In this document: positions 60,900-64,000 of the stretch, in pieces
Layout: each line of letters opens with the position of its first letter
How positions within the stretch are numbered: the first letter of the stretch is position 1
DNA from: Hyphochytrium catenoides
Taxonomy: Eukaryota; Protista; Hyphochytriomycota
NCBI GenBank assembly: GCA_900088475.1
Contig: FLMG01000350.1
Location: forward strand, 186,001 to 250,000
Length of the DNA: 64,000 nt
Direction of reading: 5' to 3'
Notes under the pieces: generated by a model
Told to the model about the DNA's origin: nothing
Seen by the model: the letters and a program-made list of their open reading frames with translations, nothing else
Database searches by the model: none
Position numbers and translations under genes: made by a program

Positions 60900-63887
60900 A
60901 TGATAGGAGATCTGCAGGACCGCGCCGGGGCCGCCCCTTGTAGATGTAGCTTGGTGGCGGGAACTATTCAGAAGGCTGGGAAGATCCTAATGATTGGAGT
61001 TATTCTCAGCGCTAGCATTGCATCAGTCATCTACGGAGTATGTCATCTGGAGCTCTCTCTCACATATTATACCTTCAGAGATTTGACCAAAGGATGTCAA
61101 TCCCTTTCAGCTATCATTCAAGCTTCCAACCTCGATGCGTTTCTTTGTTTTACAAATACTCTTTCTTATCCAATACACCTTTCTTATATCTGATGTTCCA
61201 CATCCTTCGTTATGGGTTTACTACTCTGGTCCTACGACTTCGTCACTCCTGTCCCTCAGTATGGTTCTGATTGCGGTTTCTTCATTCACCCCCGCCGCCT
61301 GCGCTACTTGTAGGTCTACAGCAATGTTCCGGGCCCGGTCTACATTACCAACACACTTCTTCCTCTCTGGTTCACCACCTTTTTGATCTACTTCGCCAGT
61401 CTCTTCTTCTACCTTCAAGGAAAGCCTAGTGAAGACGTGCGACAGTATTTCGCCCTTCAAGCCTTTTTCTACGGGGCATCGTGGGTCCTTTCATTCTTCT
61501 GCTTCCTCTGCTTCTGCATTGGCGGCAGAGGAGACCCTGTCCCCTGGACTTTGTTACTGGTGATAGTCAACAGCTTCAACCTCTGCACACTATACCTCAG
61601 AAGAGAGCAGACGGGAGCAACCTTGGATGACGCAGGAAAAGGAGATCCAGAAGCAGCAAAGCAGAAGCACCAGTTGGTGGATGCCGATGATGCCGGACAA
61701 CCCAAGACAGCATTGACCCCTTTCACAAAGCTGAAACAGGAAAGGCCAGGACTCTACAGAGCCTTGACAGGATTCAATGTTCTGGTTCAAGGAGGTGTCC
61801 TCGTCTTCTTGGTCCTCCTAGCCTGGGGAGCTTATTACTTCGCGTACCAAGTTGTGCAGTTCCAGCCTAGGTAAGCTCACTGTTATTACCTCCTCTAGAA
61901 CCTCCATCCTCTGCGACTGAAGCGCTGTTGCAACTCTCCATCTGACGTGACGGAAAATGGTTACTTGCTGACTTGCCGCCTTTTCTGCATGTATGTTCTT
62001 CTTCGAATGCTATCAACAGGGGTGAGTTCTTGACCATCACGTTAGCCAATGGCAAAGATCAGAGGATCTACTACAGCTGCACTGGGCCCAAGAGCGAAAA
62101 CGTTCCTACGTATTGGTAAGAGAAGACAGTAGATCTGACTGCGTCTTGTTTCGACCAGTGTTCCTTTGCCTGTGGTTACCTTCTTCGTGCTTACCCTATT
62201 CTGCTTCATGGATTTAATGCTGTAGCTGCTTTCCTATGTCTGCCACTAGTCGCTCGAGCTACGTCCTCCTCCTCCGTGTGCCCTCTCTTCTCTCGCCTCG
62301 ACATATCCACGCGTGGTGTTATAAACAGCGGCAGACTGTACGTCCGTTAACAATTGTATTATGCTCTAAGATCTTCGATTTTGCTGCTGGAAGAAGCCTC
62401 TACCTCGCTCTCTGTCGCCACGATGATTGTCTAACACTTATTCTACATAATGCACTTCGCCCTTGGCTATAGGATGAATGCGGATGGTACTCATGGTAAG
62501 CAAGTAGGACGTCTTTGAGACTTATGGCCGTTCCAGGCCTTGAAGCTATGCAGAGTCGTAAAATTCGTTGCTAAGATGACTCTTTCTTCCTTGCGCATAA
62601 TCGCGTTGTCAACAATAGGTGCTGGAGACTTCCTTGGTCTTCAAGCCGCATTTGAAAGCCGTGGCAAAAGATCCTGCGTCTTCGACAAGCCGAGCCAAGG
62701 TTGGAGCGATTATTACTATGCTGACCAGGCTGAGACTCTGTTCCAGCCGCGCGATTTCCACGAGGTACTTTCACTGTCGGGAGAAGTTGGTCCAAGCCAT
62801 AAGGCGGTTTTAGTAGGTGAGTTCCTCCTTTATCAATCATGAGATATCCGCGTGGTCTTTGTATCTTCGTAGTGCAAAGACTCTGTTGATCCTTCCACTC
62901 ACCATAATCTATCTGTCCTCGCTCTTATATCTAGCACCTAGTTCGTAGCTTTGGTCCTTTGATGGGGTGATGCTGCTATCCACAAAATTCTGACACGACG
63001 AGCATTTGCTTCTCGACCTAATATCTTGTTCAAATGCAAAGGCTGGGGTGGTGGCGGTGAAGAGTGGCTGTCCTACACGAGAGAGCATTCGGAGATGGTG
63101 GAGGCTTTAGTTTTCATGGCCTATGCACCTCCGGGCATTGAGTTCAGCACAATGCAATACCTTAAGAACTGGTCATATGAGGAGGCTAATAAGTATCGAC
63201 GCGACAGCCTAGCCCTTCGACTGGGAATGGCCAATATTATGACGGGTGTGGCTTGCCCTCTGGGACTGATGTCGGTTTTCTATGCCCCTGACCGGAGCAC
63301 GTACAAGCCATCACACTTCTTTGATGAGTACAAGTCATTTTATCTTACTGATAAGATGGTAAGCATCGTTCTAAAGTTACTCCTCTTGAGGTTATTTGAC
63401 ACTACTTATAGAGCTCGTAGTAGGTCGCTAGTCTACTGCCGCCTGTCGTAGGAAATCTCTGTTGCTGTTGATTGCTGTTTTTACCTATAAAGTTGATTGT
63501 CTTATCTTACTCTCGCCGCAACCACAGTGGCCAATTCAGTACTATTCTATCAAGAATATGATGCAGACCGCCACACTCGAAGAGGAAGAGCAGAAGATTA
63601 GCAACACCTCTGGCATCCCCCAATCTCTGCCCATTCTTCAGATTGTTAATGACGGTATTCTATCGTTGGAGAACTGTGACACTAGTCGGTATGCGCGTTC
63701 CTCTCAGGAGTGCATCGACCTGATGATGAGCAATAGGTTTCTCTACGACAGCTATGCGAAGGTCACGAGGCTCAGCCAGAAAGGCAAAATTTTGAGCCTG
63801 GACTATCCAAAAGCAGGGATGTCATTCCACATGCAATACCCTGAGGAGACGGTGGACCTTATCTTAACGTCTCACGCTGGTAGGTGA
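60900..63887 (+). CDS. Multi-pass membrane protein with a C-terminal alpha/beta-hydrolase fold (possibly non-catalytic)
   Basis: Several N-terminal TM segments, then QRIYYSCTG, SCVFDKPSQGWSD, VLV|GWGGGG at the nucleophile elbow, VEALVFM, and FHMQYPEETVDLI near the end. Confidence 0.7.
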
Positions 63888-64000
63888 ACGCACGACTTGA
63901 GCAAAAGGCAACATCCTCCGGTGGTGGGTTCCTTCTGTTTACTCGTTAGGAGAAGTAAGAGATAATAAACAATGCTTTATGAGTTCGAGTGTTCGAGACT

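Noticed and set aside
63975-64000. GTTCGAG motifs resembling a tRNA T-loop
   Set aside because: No cloverleaf stems upstream, and truncated by the window edge.

Overview
This is eukaryotic, gene-dense, intron-rich nuclear DNA with short GT-AG introns and three N-gaps. DNAAF1/ODA7 implies flagella. Together with an oomycete-type amino-acid permease, a TIGR01589 protein and a sterol C4-methyl oxidase, this suggests a flagellated, sterol-making stramenopile, possibly an oomycete/hyphochytrid relative (inference). I hand-spliced about 20 protein genes. In order: a partial gene at the left edge, AAAP permease, TKL kinase, NOG1-like GTPase, RanBP2-finger class II HDAC, a UBX-like/CW-finger protein, DNAAF1 with two Myb-like repeats, a hypothetical protein, GH16 glucanase, a HAD-like/FHIT fusion, WHEP-GST-GluRS, an ataxin-7-like protein, a GT31-like protein, TIGR01589 protein, Cdc24-type OB-fold protein, ERG25/SMO, a PTS1 esterase, alkane 1-monooxygenase, glycerol kinase and a membrane alpha/beta-hydrolase-fold protein. 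Best novelty candidates: (1) a spliced in-frame fusion of a HAD phosphatase-like domain to FHIT (26842-28725), not visible in the ORF track; (2) a co-oriented glycerol kinase / AlkB / peroxisomal esterase run that may be a wax- or lipid-catabolism cluster; (3) TpA-rich decayed repeats with a RIP-like signature; (4) convergent genes whose coding ends overlap. Exon structures are manual predictions, and no database search was possible.
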